Assembly: GCA_964016885.1 (NCBI GenBank)
Contig: OZ024746.1
Location: 34,224,001-34,288,000, forward strand
Source: Eledone cirrhosa
Taxonomy: Eukaryota
Direction: 5' to 3'
DNA length: 64,000 bases
Shown: piece by piece, positions 1 through 10,873 of the stretch
Numbering within the stretch: the stretch's first letter is position 1
Layout: every line of letters begins with the position of its first letter
Notes under the pieces: model-generated
What the model was told of the DNA's origin: nothing
Seen by the model: the letters and a program-made list of their open reading frames with translations, nothing else
Databases searched by the model: none
Translations under genes and position numbers: made by a program

Positions 1-309
1 TTACGAGCGTTTAGTTCTGATCTCAGAACTGCAGGTACTATCCTGTAACATTCTTTCCTTATCCTCTCTTTCATACTTGCATGCTCTATGCCATAGCCTT
101 CATTAATCCCTAAGTATGTATAGGTTTTTTCCTGCTCAAGTTCCTTTATGATTGTTTCAGCATCCAAGTCAACTGAATCTGAGTTGATGTCTATATTCCC
201 AGAGCACTCTACCCCAGTGGAATGAGAGAATTGGAGATTTGTGTTCCATAATTACATATTGTGTTTCAGGAAGTTTGAGATCAGAGGTGAGAGTTTGAAA
301 GATGTCCAC

Positions 310-939
310 TTATTTCAGAATCCATGACTGTGGTACGCTGTCAAAGGCTTTTTGATAATCGATCCATGCAGAACTGAGATTTCTGTGTTTATTATGACAG
401 TTCTCAAGGATCATACGATTAATCGAAAATTGATCTTTGCAACCATATGAACCTCGACGGCACCCTTTTTGTTCAATGGGTAAAAGATTGTTCTCCTCCA
501 AAAACACGTATGCTTTTTCCATGAGAATAGAAGTTAATAGTTTATAAGTGGTGGACAAGCAGATTATGGGCCGATAGTTTTTTTTATCTTTAGTTTCGCT
601 TTTCTTTGGTAGAAGGTAGGTAATACCACTTGCTATCCAATCAGGTGTAATTTTTGGATCTTTCATAATTCCATTAAACGGCTTGACCAATATATTTTGA
701 GTGCACGGGACTGAGGAAAGCCAGAAAGATGGCACCCTGTCTCTACCAGCGGATTTCCATGTATGAGATTTATTGAGTGCTGTCCTTAAGTCCGCTATAG
801 AGATGTCTTCCCACACATCTTCTTCTAAATTTGTGTAGGATTTTTCCAGGCGACTAATCCAATCTACATTAGCATTATATATCTTGTCTTCACTCCAAAT
901 CTTACACCAGAAGTTTTCAACTTCTTCTATGGACTTCAA
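310..939 (-). pseudogene. Reverse transcriptase fragment of the R4/Dong-like LINE
   Basis: Non-LTR RT motifs YRPI and WIDY.KAFDSV in the ORF track; premature stop at 310. Confidence 0.85.
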
Positions 940-1395
940 TAATTATGTTTTCTTCCCTAATTCTCTATAAAATAATTTGGCATCGGATGAGAACAACCTA
1001 TTTTGCATGTAGAAGTTGTTTCGCTTCTCGAATCTACGAATTCGTTAGGCTTTTACCTGGACTTTTGGTTTCACAGATTCTTTTGTTGAAACTATTGCTT
1101 CACTAGAAGACAGTCCATATTTTCTCTTTAGCTTTCTTACCTTCTTGGATCTTATATCATTTCCACCGGTTAACTCATTCAATACAGATATTTCTCCTCT
1201 CATTACGTCAATCTCCTTTTTGATTCTACTCCTCCAAATTGGTTTACCTCGAAGGTTCGACATTCTTTGTACTTTTGGTGGTAAACAATTTGTTTCAATT
1301 AATCTAGCATATGCATAAATGATTCCATTTTTACTCAGTATGATCAGGTTCTAGTTTTTCTATGATTTCTTTTATCACAGACTTACCAATCATAA

Positions 1396-1585
1396 GGGCG
1401 ATGGATTGGCAGTATCGGTAGAGGGTCGGACGCCATGCTTTCCAGCATAGTTACGTCCCTTTACCATCTGAGTTCAAATCCCGCCGAGGTTGACTTTGCC
1501 TTTCATCCTTACGGGGTCGATAAAATAAAGTACCAGTAATGCACTGGTAATTGCTGGCCTTGTGCCTGAAGTAGAAACAATTATT
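1396..1585 (+). mobile_element. tRNA-derived SINE family A, full length, nested in the Dong-like LINE
   Basis: A-box-like tggcagtatcgg, B box gagttcaaatcc, core gactttgcctttcatccttacggggtcgataaaataaagtaccag, 3' end tagaaacaattatt. More than 8 copies in the window. Resembles octopus OR2/Meta-domain SINEs (from memory, not searched). Confidence 0.9.
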
Positions 1586-2169
1586 TGTTTTCTATTTTGG
1601 ATTGTATTTGGGAGTTTTTGAAGTGGTTCTCTATCATTTATACTAGAATGCCTTACTACTGCAAGCTCATTCAGTATTTTTGGCCTTAATTCCTTCATAG
1701 TCTTACCGTATTCTTCAGCAGATGTTTCGTTTTCAATTACTGTTTCTATGTCCCTCTCCAGGCTATATTCAGCGGGTTCAATATTTGTGATTTGGTCAGA
1801 TGGAGGTCTTTCAGTAAAGACTTGTGACTGGTTACTATCTCCAGGAGATTCTTCAGTTCTTTCATCATTTATATTTATGTCATTCTCCACAGCCTGCTTG
1901 ATCGCAGTTAGTTCAGTGTCTGTCAGTCTATTACTTCTGAAGATATACCTCCTTACATTTGCCGACTTATTTCCATCCATATCACGTCTGCTAGCTTGAT
2001 TCCAAATTTTCCAGATTTTGTAGGATTTTAAAGTGTGTCTGTCTTGTGATGGCTTACCTAATGCATAGTAATATGCATATATTACTTCTTTATACTCTTC
2101 TCGGGTCTATTTAATCCTTTATATATATCTAGTTTCAGATATATATAACGTTTATATAACAATAGTTTC

Positions 2170-3480
2170 AGATAAATACACATGCTACACACGACTAGAA
2201 GAATTAAAAACACACACTTATCAGCAGAAACTACCCACCATCCCTAATCACCAATGGATTCCAACGTACCCTAAAACTAGACATCCAGGAACTCAGACAC
2301 CCCAAACCCAGGAGTGAATCGCAACAAAAAACTCTACCATACATAACACCCTCAACAATGAGGCATTTGACACCATCCTCCAGAACATTCCTTTACTAAA
2401 AAGATACCCAAGAATGAACAATATCCTCCAAACACACAACATCATAAAGAGCAAAAGACAACCCAAATTCATAAAAAACATTCTCACACAAGCCAAAATC
2501 CAACAAACACTCACAATAAACCTTACAGTAACAAAATGCGGAAGGCCCAACTGTGGCATATGCATAAATCTAATAGAAGGGTCAACATTTTAAACAAGGA
2601 CAACGTTTCACAGTTAAACACAACTTTACATGTGCATCTGAAAATCTTATCTATGTTTTGATCTGCTCAGTTTGACAAGAGCACTACATAGGACAGACAA
2701 AAAACAGCCTCCGTCAAAGTATGACCGTCCATAAATCACAAATTAAAATACAGGAATACAGAAAGATTGCATTTAATGAACATATCGCCAATTGTGCTCT
2801 CAACCAACATCCAAACTTTAAAATTTTCCCCATTTACAAATTCATAGACAACGCTATATTCATCCAACGCACCAATAAGGAAACATATTTCATTAATAAA
2901 TTTCAACCACTACTCAATGCCTTAAAAATCGGACCAATCTAAAATTGCAACAAACCATCAAACATTTACAAGTGTTACCTCCCTCACACCCTACCTAATC
3001 ATTTTTCTTAAATAAATTAAATATCACCCAGCAAGAATTGCTTCCCCCTACATATTAACTCTCTAAAAAGGGAAATCATATCAAACCACAGTCGACCATT
3101 TGCCTCCTTCACGGAACCATGGTTCAACTCAGCTCTCTTGCGATATTAACACATTTTGAACTGCTTAACTTCAATGACTGTGCTTGTAAATAACATTATT
3201 TTTTCTCCCACATTGACTTTTTACGTTCCACATTATGCACATTTTTTTTCCTTTTTCTTTTTTCTTTTCACTTCTTAAACCTTGTTTGTATATAACATTA
3301 TTCTTTCTGCACCTTCTGTTCAACATGTGCGACACCACACTAATACATTTCACTATCATTTGATAATGCATATAAAGCAGAAACCGGTTATAGACAATAA
3401 TATAATATATAAATAGATAAATAAATGCCATTGTTAAATAATAAATAAATCAACTAATACCTTAACACTTCACACGAAGT
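2170..3480 (+). mobile_element. 5'-truncated Penelope-like element (Neptune-type): linker, GIY-YIG remnant, 3' UTR/pLTR
   Basis: Reads PTVTKCGRPNCGIC, NLIYVLICS..HYIGQT and HIANCALNQHPNFKIFPIYK, closely parallel to 35800-36120. Frameshifted. HHR-like motif at 3354-3395. Confidence 0.85.
3354..3395 (+). ncRNA. Minimal type I hammerhead ribozyme, U3-A8 core variant (stem I eroded)
   Basis: TTGATAA-tgc atataaa gca-GAAA-ccgg-TT, with palindromic stem III ACCGGT. Confidence 0.55.
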
Positions 3481-3513
3481 AAAACATTTCGTTTTAATCA
3501 TTTTCTAACCCAG

Positions 3514-3520
<7 letters not shown>

Positions 3521-3590
<70 letters not shown>
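3521..3590. repeat. (GA)n microsatellite
   Basis: Seen directly. Confidence 0.95.
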
Positions 3591-3592
<2 letters not shown>

Positions 3593-3647
3593 AAAAAAGG
3601 ATAAATAAATATTTTTCTTCCTCATAATCGTCTCTTCTCCCTGTTTT

Positions 3648-3682
<35 letters not shown>

Positions 3683-3831
3683 ACAATAGAAATGACTTCT
3701 ACAGAACAAGATCTGTTTCATGTGTTAGACAATCTTCCTTTAGACGACATCTCTATAATATAACAAAATAAATGTCTATTGAGTATGTTTTTTTAAAAAT
3801 ATATTCACCACAGGAGATTTAACTATATATG

Positions 3832-3962
<131 letters not shown>

Positions 3963-4037
3963 TATATATAGAGTTATAAACTAAAATACTCTTTTACAAT
4001 TAAATAGCGCAAAGAAAGGATTATTTCTGAGCCGTGT

Positions 4038-4530
4038 AATACAAATGAATATATGATAGGGATAAACACTGATACAAGTATACATGTGTTTGCATTGCAA
4101 ATGACCATGTTAGCTAGATTGCAAAATACTAATTAAAATAATACGATTTGCCTGTCTCGATTTAAAATAATAAATCAATAAAAACAAACCTATATTGGCA
4201 ATAGCCGTGATACATGGATGCATTTTAAATTTTAAATTTTAAATTTGTTTCGGAACAATGAAATGAAAGTTCCTACTCGTGTGCTCATCTGCAGGTATCC
4301 AGAAATTGGTAAGTGAAACTTACCAGTTTCACTTCAAAATACTTAAAAAGACAGAGAAATGTGTTGTTGAACGCAAATGTGTCGCTAAAAATATTGATTT
4401 ATTATTTTAAATCGAGACAGGCAAGCCGTATTATTTTAATTTGTACTTTTCAATCTAGCTAACTTGATCATTTGCAATGCGAAGACATGCATACTTGTAT
4501 CAATGTTTATACCTATCATCTATTCATTTG

Positions 4531-4533
<3 letters not shown>
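4038..4533. mobile_element. MITE-like element with ~140-bp imperfect terminal inverted repeats
   Basis: 4038-4180 is the reverse complement of 4392-4533 (e.g. tgcctgtctcgatttaaaataataaatcaata / tattgatttattattttaaatcgagacaggca). Internal hairpin gaaattggtaagt/acttaccagtttc. Abuts (TA)n. Confidence 0.75.
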
Positions 4534-4589
<56 letters not shown>

Positions 4590-4593
<4 letters not shown>

Positions 4594-4871
4594 AACAAGA
4601 AAGACGGTTTCATTTGTCCATCGATATTTATTTTGTTATACGTATTGTGTTGTATAGCAGCAGTCCAACGTGTTCTCTTCAGACAACAATTCATGCAAGA
4701 TATTAATATCCATTGATATGCTACCGATCATATGAGTTAACCCCTTCGCCGACCAGTAAGCATATTTTTGTTTATTATTATCATAAAACTCCGGATGAAC
4801 AGAAATCGTGGATTGCTTTTCATCTGTAAGAAAAAGTCGGCAGATCTTCAATCAACCAACTTTCTTCAAAG

Positions 4872-4872
<1 letters not shown>
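4590..4872 (-). mobile_element. Solo PLE pLTR-like fragment with decayed HHR, between (TA)n tracts
   Basis: Minus strand ttgt-CTGAAGA...gttg/caac...aa-tacgta-TA-acaa followed by aataaa. GAAA is lost. Confidence 0.45.
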
Positions 4873-4957
<85 letters not shown>

Positions 4958-4967
<10 letters not shown>

Positions 4968-5417
4968 AGAATCAAAGCTATGTTCAAAGCATTTATTCAC
5001 TTACAATTGTTTCATCCAAACCTAGACTTAATATCTTCAATCATTGTACACATAATTGACCTCCTTTTCAACGCAAGAAACATACAGATACATATATATA
5101 TTGATGTACAGTGGAGTGGCATATATTATACTATACTATTTTTGTACAGCAATTCATATTCAAAATCAAAATTAAAATACATTCGGCAGGTAGCACAGAT
5201 AATGCAAGAGGATAGTTTGATAGTCAGGTCTAGTAGTTAGTGTATGCGTTAGTTACACGTGGAGCAGTTAGTTACTCTTGCATTATCTGTGTTATCTGCC
5301 GAATGCATTTTAATTTTGATTTTGATTTTAATTTTGATTTTGATTTTGATTTTAATTTTGAATTTGAATTGCTGTACAAAAATAGTATATTATAATATAT
5401 GCCACTCCACTGTACAT

Positions 5418-5487
<70 letters not shown>

Positions 5488-5628
5488 CTGCATGTCTGTT
5501 GCGTTGGAAAGGAGGTCAATTATGTGTACACACATTGAGAAATGCTCCGAAGAATCCAAGCCTAGGTTTGGATGAAACAATTGTAAGTGAATAAATGCTT
5601 TGAACATAGCTTTGATTCTTGTGAATTC
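4958..5628. mobile_element. Fold-back element: inverted pLTR pair (~250-bp arms) with outward-facing HHRs
   Basis: 4958-5205 is the reverse complement of 5278-5628 (ORFs 4980+ and 5272- give near-identical peptides). HHR at 5543-5589 (+): CCGAAGA-atccaagcc/ggtttggat-GAAA-caattg-TA, then aataaa. Confidence 0.8.
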
Positions 5629-5671
5629 TATATAACTGCTCTGTAGAACAACTGATGTTATTACATTGAGC

Positions 5672-5770
5672 CGACGTTAATTTTGCCTTTCATCCTTACG
5701 GGGTCGATAAAATAAAGTACCAGTAATACACTGGGTAATTGCTGGCCTTGTGCCTAACGTAGAAACAGTT
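5672..5770 (+). mobile_element. 5'-truncated SINE family A with 15-bp target-site duplication
   Basis: SINE core present. gttattacattgagc at 5657-5671 and 5768-5782. Confidence 0.9.
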
Positions 5771-5897
5771 ATTACATTGAGCTATTTATCTTACTGGTAA
5801 TAAGGTAGTAATAAATTACTGACCTTCACTGTTTAGGGTTTAAAATATATATAACTATAAAAAGTGTTAATATATACATAACCATAAATAGTATCTC

Positions 5898-5991
<94 letters not shown>

Positions 5992-6534
5992 CACGCGCGT
6001 GTGTGTGCGTGTGTATAAAGAGACGGACTGAGAGAGAGAAAGGGGGAGTGAAATAGTTAGGAATGTATATATGTATGTTTATTACTATAAACGCTCTCAG
6101 TGATTACATTTGTAATGCACATGATTTTAGTGTTGGGATTACTTCATATTTATTCTATTTGAGTTTAGTTTTATTCATGACATCTTATCACAATTTAAAA
6201 GGTTTCTAGCACGAATATCAACGTTAAATTAGTTTTCAGGTTTACAATGTTTGTGGATTTTAGTTTTAGAATATTTGGTGGTTTTAAATTCACTGTTCAT
6301 GATTCCTACGTATCAAATACGAATATTACATTTTATATTATGTCTCTATATTCATATTATTTACAAGCATAACTATTTCTTTACATACACACACACACAC
6401 ACACATACACAAACACACAGACACACACTACCATACGCACACACACAGACACACACGCACGCACACGCACACGCACACACACACATATATATATATATGG
6501 ATATAAGTATGAATACGTACATACATGTTCCTTT

Positions 6535-6792
6535 GTCAGTGTTGAACAGAATGGCAACGATGGTTGCCGAACACTGTACGGCTAATAATTCGGGCTTCTT
6601 GTTTACAAACAAACCGAGTATTTTAATGAATGTTCGGTAAACATATACGTACATATATATATAAGTGTGTGCATGTATGTATGTATATAAATACTACTGT
6701 ACGTCTTTATACATATATGATTATACGCATACATACTTATATTTGAGTATCAGCCGTACTAAGAGTGAGAAATGAAATTTCCTTTCTTTCTG
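6535..6792 (+). repeat. Dispersed ~260-bp non-autonomous element, copy 1 (possibly HINE/DINE-1-like)
   Basis: Colinear with 15378-15640. Has a 5' stem-loop (cagtgtt..aacactg), subterminal IR gtacggc/gccgtac, internal microsatellite and 3' stem-loop. Confidence 0.6.
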
Positions 6793-6844
6793 TATATAAA
6801 TAGATAGATAGATTGATAGATAGATAGATAGATAAATATATATA

Positions 6845-7027
6845 TAACGAAGAAAGTGTGGTAATGAACTAGGTGGACCATAACGTACATAGTACTCAGG
6901 GTAGTAGAGTGGAAGACACCGACGGCAGAGCTCAAGCCGTTTCGACGGCTGTTTCTGGACAAAAATAGCCGTCCAGAAATAGCCGTCGAAAAGGCTTGAG
7001 CCCTGCCGTCGGGGTCTTGAATATTTT

Positions 7028-7030
<3 letters not shown>
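6845..7030. repeat. GC-rich hairpin element in (TA)n, copy 1
   Basis: 6913-6960 pairs with 6971-7018 (gacggcagagctcaagcc...ggcttgagccctgccgtc). Hairpin and ~65-bp flank recur inverted at 53120-53303. Confidence 0.8.
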
Positions 7031-7081
<51 letters not shown>

Positions 7082-8499
7082 TCTTTAGATAGATAGATAC
7101 ATGCGTGTGTGTGTGTCTGTGTTTGTGTGCCTGATCTTTTGTGTGCGCGTGTGTGATTATATCTCATGTTGATGTAATATCTAGAGAGACTATATTCACC
7201 TTCCTTCAAAGAAAATGGTATTGAAACTGCCAAACTATTTGCCATTATTAAGACATATTACATACAATAACATAACATACCGGATTTGAAAATGTTACCA
7301 TATTTTTGTAATGTTAGAAACTATGAAGTTTGCAATATTAGTTCCGAAAATGCATCGTTGCTAAAATAATATCGCCATGATGAATTACGTTTTACTTTTG
7401 CATAATTTTATAAAGGTAAAAGACAAGCAAATTCATTCAAAGTATCTTTAACCAATGCCCATTTTTATGCAAAGACAAAGCTAGGAAAATCAGCAGATTC
7501 AAAACTGAGTCTTACCATACTATATAGATCGTATATATAAATTTATATGAAGTGTCAGAATTCTATGTTAAAATAGTGCAATATTTCGTTGTATATTTTC
7601 TGGAAAATTAAAACACATAGTCAAAGTTTCAGGGTATAGAGTGAATTATAGATGACTCAGTGGATTCATTTTAAGAGTAAAATGACGCTACTTATAAAAC
7701 AAATGCTGGTAAGCTATTTCCAACTTCTAACTCTAAAAGAATATATAGATAGGATAACTTTAATTTATTCCGATAAAATCAGTGTACTTCGTGTGGTTCT
7801 CTCACACCTTTCAACAAACTGGTTAGGAGGCAGAGCTTCTCACTGATGTTACTCGTCATGTGGAACCTGAAAATTATAAACAGAACTTCGACAAAGAGTA
7901 AAATATTTGTCTTCAACCTTTTCAAAGATCTCCCCTACACAACCTCTTTGCCATGGGCACAAGATAGATGATAAATACTGATCCAACTTCAAGATTAACT
8001 CCGCTAATAACCGGCCCCATCTTACAGTGGCAGTAGGTTTTAGATATTATCCAACGACTCAGCAATGTTAGGACACTCGACTAGGGTGCTGCAGAATAAT
8101 TTAAAAACCTATATAACTATTTAGTAGATATACAAATATAGTTTTAGCGTGATGCTTGGATGTTCTTCATAATATATATCTCAATTAACAACCACCACGA
8201 GAGATAATTAAAGGCTAATTAGTACATGCATTTCAGAATAACACTGAACCAATATCATGTGAGTTCCCGTGCGGTTGTCTGGACGATATAAACACTGTTT
8301 GATGAAGACCCAACTAGGTCACAAAATTAATTAAATGTATTTATTATTTCTTTCGATTTAAAGAGAAATTCCAATTTCCGGCATACTAGCATAACTATAT
8401 ATGAAAATGCATATATTTATATGCGCATTGGCAGACTCTGTTACCCTCTAAAATATAAACAAACATAAGTTGTTCAACATACTGGCTGCTTTATGCACG

Positions 8500-8582
<83 letters not shown>

Positions 8583-8771
8583 AGAGAGAATGAGAGAGAG
8601 AAATAGAGTGGCAGAGAGATATTATGTTAAAAACATGAATGTGATGACTTTTTCAGTCAAAAATTCTTGGCGCCGCCGTCGGATTTTTCTATTTATTTAT
8701 ACTTACTCTGCTTCTTATCATGTATAAATTATTACTCTCACTATTAGTCACCCCTGTTGTGGCACCACAGA

Positions 8772-8828
<57 letters not shown>

Positions 8829-8856
8829 GGTGCATATATATATATATATATATTAC

Positions 8857-9450
8857 GTCAGGTCACCAGTTGATACTACTGGTAACAAGTATCCCAGTAC
8901 AATCTGTCTCATGGTTGGGTCGTTGGCGACTAAACTGTCAACCCCAGCAAGGTTTCTTGGTGAGGAGGGTGACTTTGGACATCCTGCAGGACTAAAAACA
9001 AAACCTGTCAAAGGGAAAAGGACCTCTTAAGAATCAATGGCCACCGGGAGAGATGACATCTTAGCCTTTTTCAAGGCAGTATTCTAGGAGAAGGAAAACT
9101 CTGATATAACACCTGCAACTCTGATGGTATCCAATGATGTTGACTTGTTCTTCTTTTTGGTAAATATCATCTTGGTTAAGAGAGTGGGACTGGCTTTGTG
9201 CAATGCCTTTGGTCACTATAAAAGCTTCACCGCACATGCATTGCTTTATATCTGGAGATCTCTCTGCACTTGTCGTCACATGGTACCATGGGCCCAGCAC
9301 TATGTGTCAATAAGTGGCACAAGTGTAGTGTTTGTACCAGAGTTTTCAAGTCGCTGGCTGGACTAAAAAGTCTCACTCGTTCAGCGCATTGGTAGGAGTC
9401 CTCCTACATGGATATAAAGTAGTGGCCGTACTCGAAAACGAGTTGGCAGC
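8857..9450 (+). mobile_element. Probable retroposon fragment (RTE-like 5' UTR or derived SINE)
   Basis: GC-richer block between TA tracts containing ctaggagaaggaaaactctga, a motif I recall from RTE-clade 5' regions. No ORF support. Confidence 0.3.
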
Positions 9451-9850
9451 CACCATACATATATATATATACATGCATACATATGTCTATAGATATATGC
9501 GTGTGCTTGTACGTGATATTGTAAAATGTGAACACTTGAACGATTCTTTTCTTGATAAAAATCATTAAAAATTAAAACAATGAAATGTTCAAAATATATT
9601 TTCTTTTAAAGCACACCTACATCCATATAGCCAAATACACACTGACGATTTCGAATACACACCAGGCGAAACATACATGTATTCACAGACGAACATATTT
9701 CACATAAACAAATGACAATCTGTAAACTGATATACACTACTGATGTCGTGTATATGCAATAACAGAAACATTCAAATTTATACCATATATAGAATGATTT
9801 CTACGGGAACAAATATTTTTTAACGTCTGCATCATTGACGTTGTGTGTGC

Positions 9851-9918
<68 letters not shown>

Positions 9919-10085
9919 AATTAATATATAGTAACATATATATACATACAGATGCATATCAATGCTAGCAAATATATAGGTTTTGTCTTAGTAACTTTGT
10001 GGTTCAATGCATGGGGTTGCAGAACAATATTATGAGAGACGTAAAATAAGAAAATTATAAAATTAACTTACTTACTAAAATATCA

Positions 10086-10165
10086 CTTCCAACTAAATTA
10101 GTTTCTGGAATGGAGTAAATATATTTTCCGAAGAAGACATTGAGAGACATTCCGTCGTCAGGGAA
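10086..10165 (-). ncRNA. Type I hammerhead ribozyme with extended stem II
   Basis: ttcc-CTGACGA-cggaatg...cattcca-GAAA-ctaa t ttag-TT-ggaa, with a cUUCGg hairpin inside stem II. Confidence 0.75.
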
Positions 10166-10245
10166 TTGCTATTTCCTATCCACTGAATTATTTTTTAATA
10201 AGTTTCCAGAGTCCACGCTTTGCCTGATACTTAGATGAGAATAGT

Positions 10246-10326
10246 CTTCCCTGACGACGGAATGTTTCTCTGTGTCTTCTTCGGAAAATATGTTTACTCC
10301 ATTCCAGAAAGTAATTTAGTTGGAAG
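10246..10326 (+). ncRNA. Type I hammerhead ribozyme, mirror copy (one stem III mismatch)
   Basis: cttcc-CTGACGA-cggaatg...cattcca-GAAA-gtaatttag-TT-ggaag. Confidence 0.65.
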
Positions 10327-10372
10327 TGATATTTTAGTAAGTGAGTTAATTTTATAATTTTCTTATTTTACG

Positions 10373-10555
<183 letters not shown>

Positions 10556-10823
10556 CTGCTTTGCTTGATTTTCTTAGTATACTTTGAAGTCTTTGTTTTA
10601 TGGAGAAGGAACTGATTTTCGGGAAGCACAGCTGGTGCCAGCTTATGAGGTGTTAATTTTCGGATGCAGAATACAATCATACAACGCCTATTTCTTTTGA
10701 AGTTGTGAGCTATTCTTGGACTAACATTTGTATAGTGCTTATATATGTACGTGCAAGTAATATTATTTACCGTCATTGATATTGTGTTAAAAACGTATAT
10801 ATCACTATATCAATGTTTCAGCT

Positions 10824-10872
<49 letters not shown>

Positions 10873-10873
<1 letters not shown>

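Larger units (their letters stand above)
1..2110 (-). mobile_element. Degenerate non-LTR retrotransposon, R4/Dong-like (N-terminal region + partial RT); runs off the window edge
   Basis: ORF 310-939 has NYRPIICLSTTYKLLT, EQKGCRRGSYGCKDQ and AWIDYQKAFDSVPQSWI (RT domains 0-3). ORFs 1045-1263 and 1474-1980 give the basic N-terminus (PIWRSRIKKEI). Bases 1-190 read TYTYLGINE...KERIRKE (late RT). Stops and frameshifts are present and no YxDD is seen. Confidence 0.85.

Noticed and set aside
1396-1485. Genuine tRNA genes at SINE heads (also 37960-38030, 46430-46500)
   Set aside because: A and B boxes are present but there is no intact cloverleaf, and they are attached to repeat bodies.
8295-8335. 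HHR-like ttgatgaagacc-caacta-ggtc
   Set aside because: GAAA, stem III and stem I are missing; too degenerate to call.
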